Shown: in pieces, positions 1-8,666 of the stretch
Position numbering within the stretch: the stretch's first letter is position 1
Layout of the letters: each line of letters opens with the position of its first letter
Source of the DNA: an uncultured Eubacteriales bacterium
GTDB lineage: Bacteria; Bacillota; Clostridia; TANB77; RGIG9151
Direction of reading: 5' to 3'
DNA length: 20,692 bases
Assembly: GCA_964478905.1 (NCBI GenBank)
Contig: CAYZJZ010000004.1
Span: forward strand, 1 to 20,692
The notes under the pieces: generated by a model
What the model was told of the DNA's origin: nothing
Database searches by the model: none
What the model saw: the letters and a program-made list of their open reading frames with translations, nothing else
Program-made: the position numbers and the translations under genes

Positions 1-66
1 CTTGTCACCTCCATTACTATTAAGATTTAACCACTCTAACTGTCGAATTATGACGAAATCTTTTAA

Positions 67-95
67 TTGTAATTTTTAGCAACTTGTGGTAATAT
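67..95 (+). promoter_or_regulatory. Candidate sigma-A-type promoter for the small ORF at 143-214
   Basis: -35 TTGTAA (67-72), a 17-nt spacer with TG at 87-88 (extended -10 position), and -10 TAATAT (90-95). Read directly from the sequence; no transcript data. Confidence 0.4.
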
Positions 96-142
96 ATTCC
101 TAGGTTCTTGTAACCAAATCTTTTTAAGAGGAGGTGATAAGA

Positions 143-214
143 ATGGATCAAGAGAACATGATTCTGGCTTTATACATAATTTATCTAATATTAAATTTGG
201 TAAAAAACGTGTAA
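143..214 (+). CDS. Unannotated 23-aa hydrophobic peptide MDQENMILALYIIYLILNLVKNV (below the ORF-track size cutoff); small membrane peptide, possibly type I toxin-like
   Basis: Strong RBS AGAGGAGGTGA (128-138) lies about 5 nt upstream of the ATG at 143. The stop TAA is at 212-214, followed at once by a rho-independent terminator. The peptide has an acidic N-terminus, a 15-residue hydrophobic core and a basic C-terminus. Confidence 0.4.
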   Translation: MDQENMILALYIIYLILNLVKNV

Positions 215-215
215 A
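188..215 (-). promoter_or_regulatory. Candidate minus-strand promoter facing the small ORF; would drive the gene that starts just left of position 1
   Basis: On the minus strand: -35 TTTACA (plus coordinates 210-215), a 16-nt spacer, and -10 TAATAT (188-193). A minus-strand RBS GGAGGTGA sits at positions 4-11, so the start codon lies just outside the window. The resulting transcript would be antisense to the RBS and start of the 23-aa ORF. Confidence 0.3.
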
Positions 216-219
216 GCAA

Positions 220-251
220 AAATCCGAGTGAGACACCACTCGGATTTTTTT
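220..251. terminator. Bidirectional rho-independent terminator (ends ddl on the minus strand and the small ORF on the plus strand)
   Basis: Stem TCCGAGTG (223-230) pairs with CACTCGGA (237-244) around the loop AGACAC. It is flanked by an A-run upstream and T7 downstream, so a U-tract follows on either strand. Confidence 0.75.
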
Positions 252-326
252 GGTTCTTAAATGAATCAAGAGATAACTTCTATACTTATTATATTCAAAG
301 TTTACTTACTTGTCAATAGTCTTTTT

Positions 327-1505
327 TTATAATTTCCCTTTACTTCCACCAAGCTTTACACCTGCTAAAACATTTGTGTCAAACGAATAAGTCACACTGG
401 CTTCTTCTCTTTTTCTCTTTAATCCTAAATTAATTACCTCATCTAACATATCTTTATATTTTAGTCCGGTTGCTTCCCATAAATAAAACGCCAATGAACC
501 AGGAATTGTATTTATTTCATTTACCCAAACTTCTTTGCTTTCATCATTCATTAAAAAATCAATTCTAACTACACCATTACATCCTAAAGCCTTAAAAGTA
601 TCTACCGCATACTTTCTTATTTTTTCTGAAACTTCTTCCGGAATATCTGCGGGGAGCTTTCTTTTAGTACTGCTCATTCCCTTAGAGCCACCTTTTTCGC
701 CACTTAAATACTTATCTTGATAGCTTAGAATTTCATCAGCATTTACAGGTTCTTCACAAACAGATGGCCTTGCATTTTCAAAATCTCCAAGAACTGAACA
801 ATTAATTTCTCTTAAATTTTCTACTGCGTGCTCAACCAAAACTCTCATAGAAAACTCAAATCCATAGTCGATTGCATCTTCTAATTCTTCTCTATTTTTT
901 ACCTTTCTTATGCCAACACTAGAGCCTAAATTAACAGGTTTAACAATCATAGGATATTTTATATCCTTCTCAATATCAGCAATTATCTGTTTACTTTCTT
1001 TATTGTATTTCTTCATATCAAAACACTTAGCCGGCAATACAGGAATTCCATTTGATGCCATAATCGCCTTTTGAGCAAATTTATCCATTCCAACAGCAGA
1101 AGATATAACATCACATCCACAATACGGTACATCAAGCATATGTAAATACCCTTGTAAATTTCCGTCCTCAACATTAGTACCATGAACAACAGGCAACGCA
1201 ACATCTATATAGTCAACTTCATTTTTACCAAACTTTTTAAATGGATAAGAAAGAAGTTGTACCTTGCCATCAATATTTTGAAGCACTATTCTTTGAGACT
1301 TTTCAACTAAAGCTGTTATATCCTTATAATTCTCTATATTTTTTAATTCTTCTCCAGTATAAAACTTACCATCCTTAGTCATATATATAGGAATTACATC
1401 GTACTTTTCATTATCCAACGACAACATAGCCTGAACCGCACTAATTATAGAAATTTCGTGTTCCACGCTTTTCCCACCAAAAAAAACTCCAACTTTAATT
1501 TTCAT
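327..1505 (-). CDS. ddl: D-alanine--D-alanine ligase (ATP-grasp), long-form
   Basis: N-terminus MKIKVGVFFGGKSVEHEISIISA, plus GSSVGI, NEINTIPG and the general Ddl layout. I chose the ATG at 1505 (MKIKV) because GGGAGG lies 7 nt upstream; the ORF-track start at 1520 falls inside that RBS. Confidence 0.93.
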   Translation of the reverse strand: MKIKVGVFFGGKSVEHEISIISAVQAMLSLDNEKYDVIPIYMTKDGKFYTGEELKNIENYKDITALVEKSQRIVLQNIDGKVQLLSYPFKKFGKNEVDYIDVALPVVHGTNVEDGNLQGYLHMLDVPYCGCDVISSAVGMDKFAQKAIMASNGIPVLPAKCFDMKKYNKESKQIIADIEKDIKYPMIVKPVNLGSSVGIRKVKNREELEDAIDYGFEFSMRVLVEHAVENLREINCSVLGDFENARPSVCEEPVNADEILSYQDKYLSGEKGGSKGMSSTKRKLPADIPEEVSEKIRKYAVDTFKALGCNGVVRIDFLMNDESKEVWVNEINTIPGSLAFYLWEATGLKYKDMLDEVINLGLKRKREEASVTYSFDTNVLAGVKLGGSKGKL

Positions 1506-1520
1506 ATAAATTCCTCCCAA

Positions 1521-3071
1521 CTAATAATTATCCGGCAAGTCATTTTCTATCAATACAAACTTCTCTTTATCACACTTTAACTCAGAAATCCACTTTATTC
1601 CTTCATTAAAGCTGTCGGCAACAAATAACTTTTTCTCATCAAATCCACATTCCTCAATTCCATCCCTTATCGGTTTAGTCTGGTCTTTTCCAACCAAAAC
1701 TATATAATCACAAACACCGGTCGCTTGTTTTCCAAACTCTTTATTACAGTCATACTGACGTTCCCCAAGTTCTATCATACCAGGAGTAATTAAAATCTTT
1801 GTACCTTCAAAGCAACTTAAAGTATCAAGTGCAGCTTTTGCTCCAACCGGATTAGAATTATATGCATCATCAATCAACATAGCATTATTTCCCTTTACTA
1901 GCTCTAACCTATGAGGAACAGGGTCTAAAGACCTAATCGCATACACCATATCACTAAAAGGAATTCCAAGCTTATTTCCAATCGCAATTGCCCCTAAGAT
2001 ATTTTCAACATTATGACGTCCAATTAATTTTGTTCTAAAAGTTTCACATTCTCCGTTTTTAGACTTAACCGTAAAAACACTGCCTTTAGCATTTACCCTT
2101 ATATCATACGCAACATATTCCTCATCATTAAACCCATACGTTACAATATTTTTATCAACTTTATTATTTCTAATATATTCATTACTGTAATTTAAGAAAA
2201 CAGCTCCATCTTCAGGAATTGCATCAGCTAATTCAAACTTAGTCTTTATAACATTTTCAATACTAAAAAAAGTTTCTAAATGTTGAGGCCCGATAGAAGA
2301 AATTATACCATATTTCGGATTTACCAAATCACAAATTTCCTTTATGTCGTTTACATGTCTTGCACCCATTTCACACAAAAATATTTCGTGTGTAGCATTT
2401 AATTTTTCACGAATAGTCCTCACAACGCCCAAAGTTGTATTGTAATTTCCGGGTGTCATTAATACATTATATTTTATAGACAAAATCTTATTCAAAAAAT
2501 ATTTCGTGCTTGTTTTTCCATAACTTCCGGTTATACCTATAACCGTAAGACGTGGCATATCTTTTATTATATTTTTCGCTTCTTTTATGAACTTATTATT
2601 AATAGATTTTTCTATCGGAGCATTAATAAATCCTGCTACCATAACCAAAAACGGTAACATTATAGTCCAAACAGCTAATAACAATGCTATTTGCCAAACA
2701 TTAAAAAATCGTATAGATAAAATACACACAATAAAATTAAGTAATCCTAAAGTTATAATAAGCCTTGTAACCCTTCCTGTATAAACAAGTGGCTTCTTTA
2801 AAACCTTCTTTCTATTCACTGTAAAAGTTAAAACATAACTTATTATCGTACCGGTTATAAACAAAACCAGATTATCTGAAAAGCTTATCACAACAGGAAT
2901 AACAAGCCAACAATTCCTAAAAATTATATCCTTTAGGAACTTAGACTTAATCCAATTTATATGAGATAAATTTTGGTAAGAATTAAGTTGATACATATGA
3001 ATATAATAAAGCATCGTTAAACTTATATTAGCAAAAAACATCAATAACAAAAGGCTTATCGCAATAATCAT
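1521..3071 (-). CDS. murF: Mur ligase family protein, MurF-like (UDP-MurNAc-tripeptide--D-Ala-D-Ala ligase), with an N-terminal polytopic membrane domain of about 150 aa
   Basis: Mur ligase P-loop GITGSYGKTSTK, the central and C-terminal Mur ligase domain pattern (DDAYNSNP), and adjacency to ddl as in other Firmicutes. The first ~150 aa form 4-5 hydrophobic helices in place of the usual soluble MurF N-domain. RBS GGGAGG precedes the ATG at 3071. Confidence 0.8.
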   Translation of the reverse strand: MIIAISLLLLMFFANISLTMLYYIHMYQLNSYQNLSHINWIKSKFLKDIIFRNCWLVIPVVISFSDNLVLFITGTIISYVLTFTVNRKKVLKKPLVYTGRVTRLIITLGLLNFIVCILSIRFFNVWQIALLLAVWTIMLPFLVMVAGFINAPIEKSINNKFIKEAKNIIKDMPRLTVIGITGSYGKTSTKYFLNKILSIKYNVLMTPGNYNTTLGVVRTIREKLNATHEIFLCEMGARHVNDIKEICDLVNPKYGIISSIGPQHLETFFSIENVIKTKFELADAIPEDGAVFLNYSNEYIRNNKVDKNIVTYGFNDEEYVAYDIRVNAKGSVFTVKSKNGECETFRTKLIGRHNVENILGAIAIGNKLGIPFSDMVYAIRSLDPVPHRLELVKGNNAMLIDDAYNSNPVGAKAALDTLSCFEGTKILITPGMIELGERQYDCNKEFGKQATGVCDYIVLVGKDQTKPIRDGIEECGFDEKKLFVADSFNEGIKWISELKCDKEKFVLIENDLPDNY

Positions 3072-3842
3072 TTATTTTCCTCCCAAAAAAGACTCAATAA
3101 CCCTACTAAATGTATAAAAATCTTCTAAAAAAGAATAATGCCCGGTATTTTTCAAGACAACCAATCCCGCATCCGGTATAAGTTTCTCCATAATCTTAGC
3201 ATCGTTTAGCGGAGTTGCCGTATCAAGCTCTCCCCATATAAGAAGCGTCGGCACATTTACATTATGAAGTAATCCTGTTAAATCCTCATTTATAGCCTTT
3301 ACCATAACTTGACGCATTAACGGTGAAGCCTTCCTATAATCCATTGAGCCATGTTTACTTTGTAACTTTTCAACCATTCCAGGTTTTATTTTTCTAACTA
3401 CTTTAGAGTTTGCCACCTTTTTACATATCTTAAACCATTTTTGCTTTAATTGTTGTTTTAAAGTCTTTTTAGGCTTTATTCCCGCACTATCCAGTAAAAC
3501 TATCTTTTCAACCTTAAATTCGTTACTCTTATTAGACATAAGCTTAATAATAATTCTTCCGCCAAAAGAATGTCCCATCAAAATTACACTTTTAAGTCCT
3601 AATGTCTTAATAAATTCCTCAACAAAACTAGCGTATTCACTAACATTCCAAGCAGTATCCGGTTCATTAGTTTTACCAAACCCAGGTAAATCAAGCGCTA
3701 TAATTCTACCTAACGTTGAAACTTTATCCGTAAGCTTTTTATACAAATCAATATTAGTTCCCCAACCTTGAAGAAATAAAATCGGAGTACCGGTTCCCTC
3801 ATCTATGTAATTTACACTTATTCCTTTAACTTTTATTTCCAA
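3072..3842 (-). CDS. Alpha/beta-fold hydrolase
   Basis: Nucleophile elbow GHSFGG, an LFLQGWG oxyanion-type motif, and a C-terminal GH (NTGHYSF). TTG start at 3842 follows RBS GAGGTGA. The stop abuts the murF-like start. Confidence 0.85.
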   Translation of the reverse strand: MEIKVKGISVNYIDEGTGTPILFLQGWGTNIDLYKKLTDKVSTLGRIIALDLPGFGKTNEPDTAWNVSEYASFVEEFIKTLGLKSVILMGHSFGGRIIIKLMSNKSNEFKVEKIVLLDSAGIKPKKTLKQQLKQKWFKICKKVANSKVVRKIKPGMVEKLQSKHGSMDYRKASPLMRQVMVKAINEDLTGLLHNVNVPTLLIWGELDTATPLNDAKIMEKLIPDAGLVVLKNTGHYSFLEDFYTFSRVIESFLGGK

Positions 3843-3855
3843 AAATTTTCACCTC

Positions 3856-5163
3856 TTAAATAAGCTCACATATAACATCATATTCCTTAGCTTCTATTAC
3901 TCTAACCATATAATATTCTCCAAGTACCAATTCACGTTCCGACTCTATAAAAGCTAGTCCATCAACCTCAGGTGCATCTTGATAAGTCCTTCCAAAGAAT
4001 GTTCCAGACTCTAAAACGCCTTCTATTAAAACCTCAAATTCTTTACCTATTTTTTCTTTATTTTTATTTAAAGATATCTTTTGCTGATTTTCCATAATTA
4101 TACTTTGACGATTCTTTTTTATCTTTGCAGAAATTTGTCCTTTTAACTTAGCAGCCGGAGTTCCTTCTTCTTTAGAGTAAGTAAATACTCCTACTCTATC
4201 TAATTTAACATCTTTAATAAACTCATTTAATTCATTAAATTGATCGTCCATTTCAGTTGGAAAACCTACAATTAAAGAAGTTCTAATTACCGCATCAGGT
4301 ATTTCATCCCTTATCTTTTTTATTAAAGCCATTATTTCCTCTTTATTAGTTTTTCTTCCCATTAATTTTAGGATTTCATCGTTACAATGTTGAAGCGGAA
4401 TATCAAAATACTTACAAACTTTTTCATTTTCTTTTACCACTTTTAGTAATTCATCAGTAATTCCCTCCGGATAAGAATATTGGAACCTAATCCAATGTAT
4501 CCCATCAATTTTAGTAAGCTTTTTAATAAGGCTCGCAAGCTTTCTTTCTCCGTAATTATCCAAACCGTAATAAGTAGTATCTTGTGCAGTCAAAATTATC
4601 TCAGTCACTCCATCTTGTACTAAGCTTTTTACTTCCTCTTCAATATCTTCCATACTACGACTTATATGCCCACCACGAATAGAAGGAATTACACAATAAG
4701 TACAATGATTATCACATCCATCGGCAATTTTAACATACGCAGAATAAGGTGCTGTCGCTCTAATTCTCTCTCCAAACTTAATTCTTCTTATATCTTCATT
4801 TATAGAGCTATCTGCCATTTTCTTATCTATAAAATTTATAATTTCGTCATAATCATTAATCTTAGCAACACAATCAACTTCAGGCAAAGATTCCTTAATT
4901 TCCTTTTCATACCTAGTCGCAAGACATCCTGTAACAATAATTCCTTTACAATTACTATTTTTCAATTCACCCATCTCTATAATCTTATCTATCGACTCCT
5001 GTTTAGCATCGTGAATAAACGCACAAGTATTAATAATTATTATATCTGCAAGAGTTTCATCAGAAACAATTTCATAGCCTCTTTTAACAAGTAACCCCAA
5101 AATCATTTCAGAATCTACTAAATTTTTATTACACCCCAAAGAAACAACTGCAATTTTTGTCAT
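3856..5163 (-). CDS. rimO: Ribosomal protein S12 methylthiotransferase RimO (radical SAM MTTase)
   Basis: N-terminal VSLGCNKNLVDSE...INTCAFI UPF0004 cysteine triad, radical-SAM CDNHCTYC, and a C-terminal TRAM-like tail. 435 aa. RBS AAGGGGAG. Confidence 0.88.
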   Translation of the reverse strand: MTKIAVVSLGCNKNLVDSEMILGLLVKRGYEIVSDETLADIIIINTCAFIHDAKQESIDKIIEMGELKNSNCKGIIVTGCLATRYEKEIKESLPEVDCVAKINDYDEIINFIDKKMADSSINEDIRRIKFGERIRATAPYSAYVKIADGCDNHCTYCVIPSIRGGHISRSMEDIEEEVKSLVQDGVTEIILTAQDTTYYGLDNYGERKLASLIKKLTKIDGIHWIRFQYSYPEGITDELLKVVKENEKVCKYFDIPLQHCNDEILKLMGRKTNKEEIMALIKKIRDEIPDAVIRTSLIVGFPTEMDDQFNELNEFIKDVKLDRVGVFTYSKEEGTPAAKLKGQISAKIKKNRQSIIMENQQKISLNKNKEKIGKEFEVLIEGVLESGTFFGRTYQDAPEVDGLAFIESERELVLGEYYMVRVIEAKEYDVICELI

Positions 5164-5194
5164 AATTACTCCCCTTTAATAAAATTTCTACTAT

Positions 5195-5222
5195 ATTTTA
5201 TCATAATTACGCAAATTTGCAA
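5195..5222 (-). promoter_or_regulatory. Candidate sigma-A promoter of the rimO-hydrolase-murF-ddl operon
   Basis: On the minus strand: -35 TTGCAA (5217-5222), a 16-nt spacer ending in TGA, and -10 TAAAAT (5195-5200). Confidence 0.4.
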
Positions 5223-5312
5223 CATCTCGCATACTACTAAACAGTACACAAATAAATTTGATACTACGCTTCATTGTTTAGCCAAAGATAATATGGGGCA
5301 TATTCGTTAATA

Positions 5313-5341
5313 TTGACAACTTAACAAAAAAAAGTTATTAT
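5313..5341 (+). promoter_or_regulatory. Candidate sigma-A promoter of the GT2-mgtC-murA-yycJ operon
   Basis: Consensus -35 TTGACA (5313-5318), an exact 17-nt spacer, and -10 TATTAT (5336-5341). Confidence 0.55.
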
Positions 5342-5377
5342 AACTTGGTGATAGTTCTCTCGAAAGGGTGTTTTTTA

Positions 5378-6664
5378 ATGATAGTTGTTAAAGAAGGATT
5401 ATTATATTTTTTTAGTATGTTACTTCAACTCGGAATTTTAATACTAGCCGTGTATTTTTTTGCAATTTCAGTAGTAGGTTGGATAAAGCGTAAAGAAAAG
5501 CCTGCTTCCGACTTTAAACCGACAAAAAAATTTGCTATGGTAGTTGCTGCTCATAACGAAGAAATTGTTATAAGTGAATTAGTTGACAGCTTAAAAAATA
5601 TTAAATATCCAAATGAATTATATGATATTTTTGTTGTTGCTGATAATTGCACTGATAATACAGCAGATATCGCTGAAGAACATGGTGCAATTGTTTTAAG
5701 AAGATTTAATAAAGTGGAAAAAGGAAAAGGTTTTGCATTAGAATGGGCATTTAATAAAATTTTCAAAATGGAAAAACATTATGATGCATTTTGCATTTTT
5801 GATGCTGATAACCTAGTTGATGCAAATTTCCTTATGGAAATGAATAAACGTATGCTTGAAGGATATAGAGTAGTTCAAGGATATATAGACAGTAAAAATC
5901 CTTTTGATTCTTGGATTTCAGCTTCTTATTCTATTGCGTTTTGGACTTCAAACAGACTTTACCAATTACCTCGTTCTTACTTAAATATGTCCTCTAGCCT
6001 TTGTGGAACGGGATTTTGTGTAGACTCTGAATTAATTCGTGAAATGGGTTGGGGAGCTACTTGTCTTACAGAAGACTTAGAATTTACAATGAAATTAGCC
6101 CTTCGTGGAATTTATGTAGGTTGGGCTCACGATGCTATTGTTTATGACGAAAAACCGCTTACATTAAAACAATCTTGGCATCAAAGAATTCGTTGGTCAC
6201 AAGGTTTCGCCGACTGCACAGGAAGATTTTTCTTCCAACTTTTACACAAAGCAATTAAAGAAAAAAATTTAGTAGCGTTTGACTGTGCAACATACTTGCT
6301 TCAACCACTTAGAATCGTTGTTTACGGAGTTATAACTGTACTCACATACATGCAATTCTTCTACCCACAAGGCGGAGTGTTCCAAATGAATTATATTATT
6401 CCAAATTACATTTGGATGGTATTTTTGGTAGCACAATTTTTATACAGTCCTCTAATTATAATGTCTGAAAGACGCTTTAGTTTAAAGGTACTATTCGCCT
6501 ATATCGTTTATCCGATTTATAATTTAACATGGGTTCCTATCACAATAGTGGGTATGTTACACTCTGATAAAAAAGAATGGAGCCATACAGCTCATACAAG
6601 AAAAATAAATATGAATGATTTGTCAAACAATATACAAGCAGAAGTAAAAAGTTCTGCTAGTTAG
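5378..6664 (+). CDS. Membrane-bound processive family-2 glycosyltransferase (cellulose/PNAG/chitin-synthase-like)
   Basis: Motifs VVADNCTDNT, FDADN (DxD), TEDLEF (TED) and QRIRWSQG (QxxRW), plus N- and C-terminal TM helices. The ATG at 5378 is preferred over the TTG at 5345, because the predicted promoter would start transcription near 5348 and GGGTG lies upstream of 5378. Confidence 0.85.
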   Translation: MIVVKEGLLYFFSMLLQLGILILAVYFFAISVVGWIKRKEKPASDFKPTKKFAMVVAAHNEEIVISELVDSLKNIKYPNELYDIFVVADNCTDNTADIAEEHGAIVLRRFNKVEKGKGFALEWAFNKIFKMEKHYDAFCIFDADNLVDANFLMEMNKRMLEGYRVVQGYIDSKNPFDSWISASYSIAFWTSNRLYQLPRSYLNMSSSLCGTGFCVDSELIREMGWGATCLTEDLEFTMKLALRGIYVGWAHDAIVYDEKPLTLKQSWHQRIRWSQGFADCTGRFFFQLLHKAIKEKNLVAFDCATYLLQPLRIVVYGVITVLTYMQFFYPQGGVFQMNYIIPNYIWMVFLVAQFLYSPLIIMSERRFSLKVLFAYIVYPIYNLTWVPITIVGMLHSDKKEWSHTAHTRKINMNDLSNNIQAEVKSSAS

Positions 6665-6674
6665 GAGATAAAAT

Positions 6675-7394
6675 ATGGACGAAGTAACATTATTTCTGTA
6701 TGCTATATTAAACTCAGAAGCAGCTCAAGTCATTTTAAGACTTTTGCTCGCAACGTGTTTTGGTGCTTTAATAGGAATGGAGCGTGAACACGCCCACCGT
6801 CCTGCCGGACTTCGCACACACATATTAGTATGTGTTGGCGCTTGTTTGGTTATGCTAACTTCGGAATTTACATACAACACTTACCAACAATTTTCTCCCA
6901 ATATGGACGTTAACAGACTTGGCGCACAAGTAATTAGCGGTATAGGTTTTCTAGGAGCGGGAACAATTATTCGTAATGGTTCATCAGTAAAAGGATTAAC
7001 TACTGCTGCAAGTCTCTGGGCAGTAGCTTGTATAGGTATTGCGACCGGAATAGGATTTTATTTAGGTGCTACACTTTGTACCGTTGCTATTTTCATAATT
7101 TTGTCTCATATAAAAAATTGGGCAAAAATTTATGATACCAGACAACTTTCTTTAGCAATTACCGCAAATAATCCGGATGTTGCTGTTGAAATTGAAAAAA
7201 AGCTTTTTTCTAATTCAATAGAAGTAAGTAATATTTCATTTAAATCTCTTGAAAATGATGTTTCTTCTATGTTTTTTAAAATATCAATGAGAATGTCAAT
7301 TAATCCTACTTCTGTAATTAGCGAAATATATGCTTTACCAGGCGTTATATCAGTTAATATGAACGAAAGAGATTCTATTAAAAGTGAAGAGTGA
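6675..7394 (+). CDS. mgtC: MgtC/SapB family membrane protein with a C-terminal ACT-like soluble domain
   Basis: The signature GALIGMEREHAHRPAGLRTHILVCVGACLVM is typical of the MgtC family. 4-5 TM helices are followed by a soluble tail. RBS AGGAG. Confidence 0.85.
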   Translation: MDEVTLFLYAILNSEAAQVILRLLLATCFGALIGMEREHAHRPAGLRTHILVCVGACLVMLTSEFTYNTYQQFSPNMDVNRLGAQVISGIGFLGAGTIIRNGSSVKGLTTAASLWAVACIGIATGIGFYLGATLCTVAIFIILSHIKNWAKIYDTRQLSLAITANNPDVAVEIEKKLFSNSIEVSNISFKSLENDVSSMFFKISMRMSINPTSVISEIYALPGVISVNMNERDSIKSEE

Positions 7395-7404
7395 GGTTAA
7401 TACT

Positions 7405-8664
7405 GTGGAAAAACTAAGGATTTCAGGCGGGAAGCCACTTAAAGGAGAAGTTACTATTTGCGGTGCAAAAAATGCAGCGATTTGTATTATACCTGCTGCA
7501 TTATTAGTTGACGGTTGGTGCAGAATTGAAAATTTACCAAACATCAGTGACGTAAAAAAATATATTGATGTTTTAAAAAAGCTTGGAGTAACTGTCATTG
7601 AAGAAGAACCAGGGCAAATTTTAATAAAAAACAATAAGGTTTCTTCTACGAAATGTGACTTGGAACTTTGTAGTAAAATGCGTGCATCATACTATCTAAT
7701 AGGTGCATTGCTCGGTAAATATAAATCAGCTGAAGTTCCGTTACCGGGTGGATGTAATTTCGGAGCACGTCCAATTGATCAACATATAAAAGGTTTTGAA
7801 GCATTAGGTGCTACAATAAATACAAATCAAGGTATTATTCGTGCCTCTGCTAAAAAACTAACCGGAACCTCTATTTATCTTGATATCGTAAGTGTCGGAG
7901 CTACAATAAATATGATTTTGGCAGCAGTTTTAGCCGAAGGTACTACAATCATTGAAAATGCCGCTAAAGAGCCTCATATAGTTGATTTAGCTAACTTCTT
8001 AAATACTATGGGTGCTAATATAAAAGGTGCAGGAACTGATACAATAAAAATTGTAGGTGTATCTTCTCTTCCGGGAAACGCTACTTATTCAATTATTCCG
8101 GATCAAATTGAGGCCGGTACTTTTATGATTGCTGCTGCTGCAACAAATGGCGATGTTACAATAAAAAATTGTATTCCAAAACATTTAGACTCAATTTCGG
8201 CAAAACTTGTTGAAATGGGAATTACAGTGGATGAATTAGGCGATGCAGTTCATGTAAAATGTGACAAACGTCCGAAACATGTCAACTTAAAGACAATGCC
8301 ATATCCTGGATTTCCAACAGATATGCATCCACAAATGGCAGTATTACTCTCTCTTGCTGAGGGAATGAGCATTTTAACTGAATCCATTTGGGATAATAGA
8401 TTTCAATATGTTGATGAATTAAGGAAATTTGGCGCTATAATTCGTACTGAAGGACGCTCAGCACTAATAAACGGAGTAAAAAATCTAAACGGTGCTCCTG
8501 TATCTTGTACAGATCTTAGAGCCGGAGCAGCCATGGTTATTGCCGGGCTTGCTGCTGAAGGTACTACTGATATTTCAAAAATTGAATATATCGATAGAGG
8601 TTACGAAAACATCGAAGAAAAATTTAGAGCACTAGGTGCCAAAATCGAAAGAGTTGATGATTAA
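7405..8664 (+). CDS. murA: UDP-N-acetylglucosamine 1-carboxyvinyltransferase
   Basis: (V/M)EKLRISGGKPLKGEVTICGAKNAA matches the canonical MurA N-terminus, and the EPSP-synthase-type fold pattern runs throughout. The GTG at 7405 follows GAGG (7393-7396) and aligns with the usual MEKL start. The alternative GTG at 7384 would overlap mgtC. Confidence 0.93.
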   Translation: MEKLRISGGKPLKGEVTICGAKNAAICIIPAALLVDGWCRIENLPNISDVKKYIDVLKKLGVTVIEEEPGQILIKNNKVSSTKCDLELCSKMRASYYLIGALLGKYKSAEVPLPGGCNFGARPIDQHIKGFEALGATINTNQGIIRASAKKLTGTSIYLDIVSVGATINMILAAVLAEGTTIIENAAKEPHIVDLANFLNTMGANIKGAGTDTIKIVGVSSLPGNATYSIIPDQIEAGTFMIAAAATNGDVTIKNCIPKHLDSISAKLVEMGITVDELGDAVHVKCDKRPKHVNLKTMPYPGFPTDMHPQMAVLLSLAEGMSILTESIWDNRFQYVDELRKFGAIIRTEGRSALINGVKNLNGAPVSCTDLRAGAAMVIAGLAAEGTTDISKIEYIDRGYENIEEKFRALGAKIERVDD

Positions 8665-8666
8665 TT

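Noticed and set aside
63-269. 68-aa minus-strand ORF from the six-frame track
   Set aside because: It runs straight through the terminator hairpin at 220-251 and through the RBS and promoter of the plus-strand mini-gene. It has no RBS and a low-complexity AT-driven composition, so it is most likely a chance ORF.
5164-5312. Possible riboswitch or leader (for example c-di-GMP) upstream of the GT2 glycosyltransferase
   Set aside because: The best promoter (5313-5341) lies downstream of this stretch, leaving only a ~30-nt leader. I saw no conserved riboswitch core motifs or terminator/antiterminator pair. The stretch more likely holds the divergent rimO promoter.
7384-7404. Upstream GTG (7384) as the murA start
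   Set aside because: It would overlap the mgtC stop and add seven residues not found at MurA N-termini. The GTG at 7405 aligns with the canonical MEKL... start and has GAGG 8 nt upstream.
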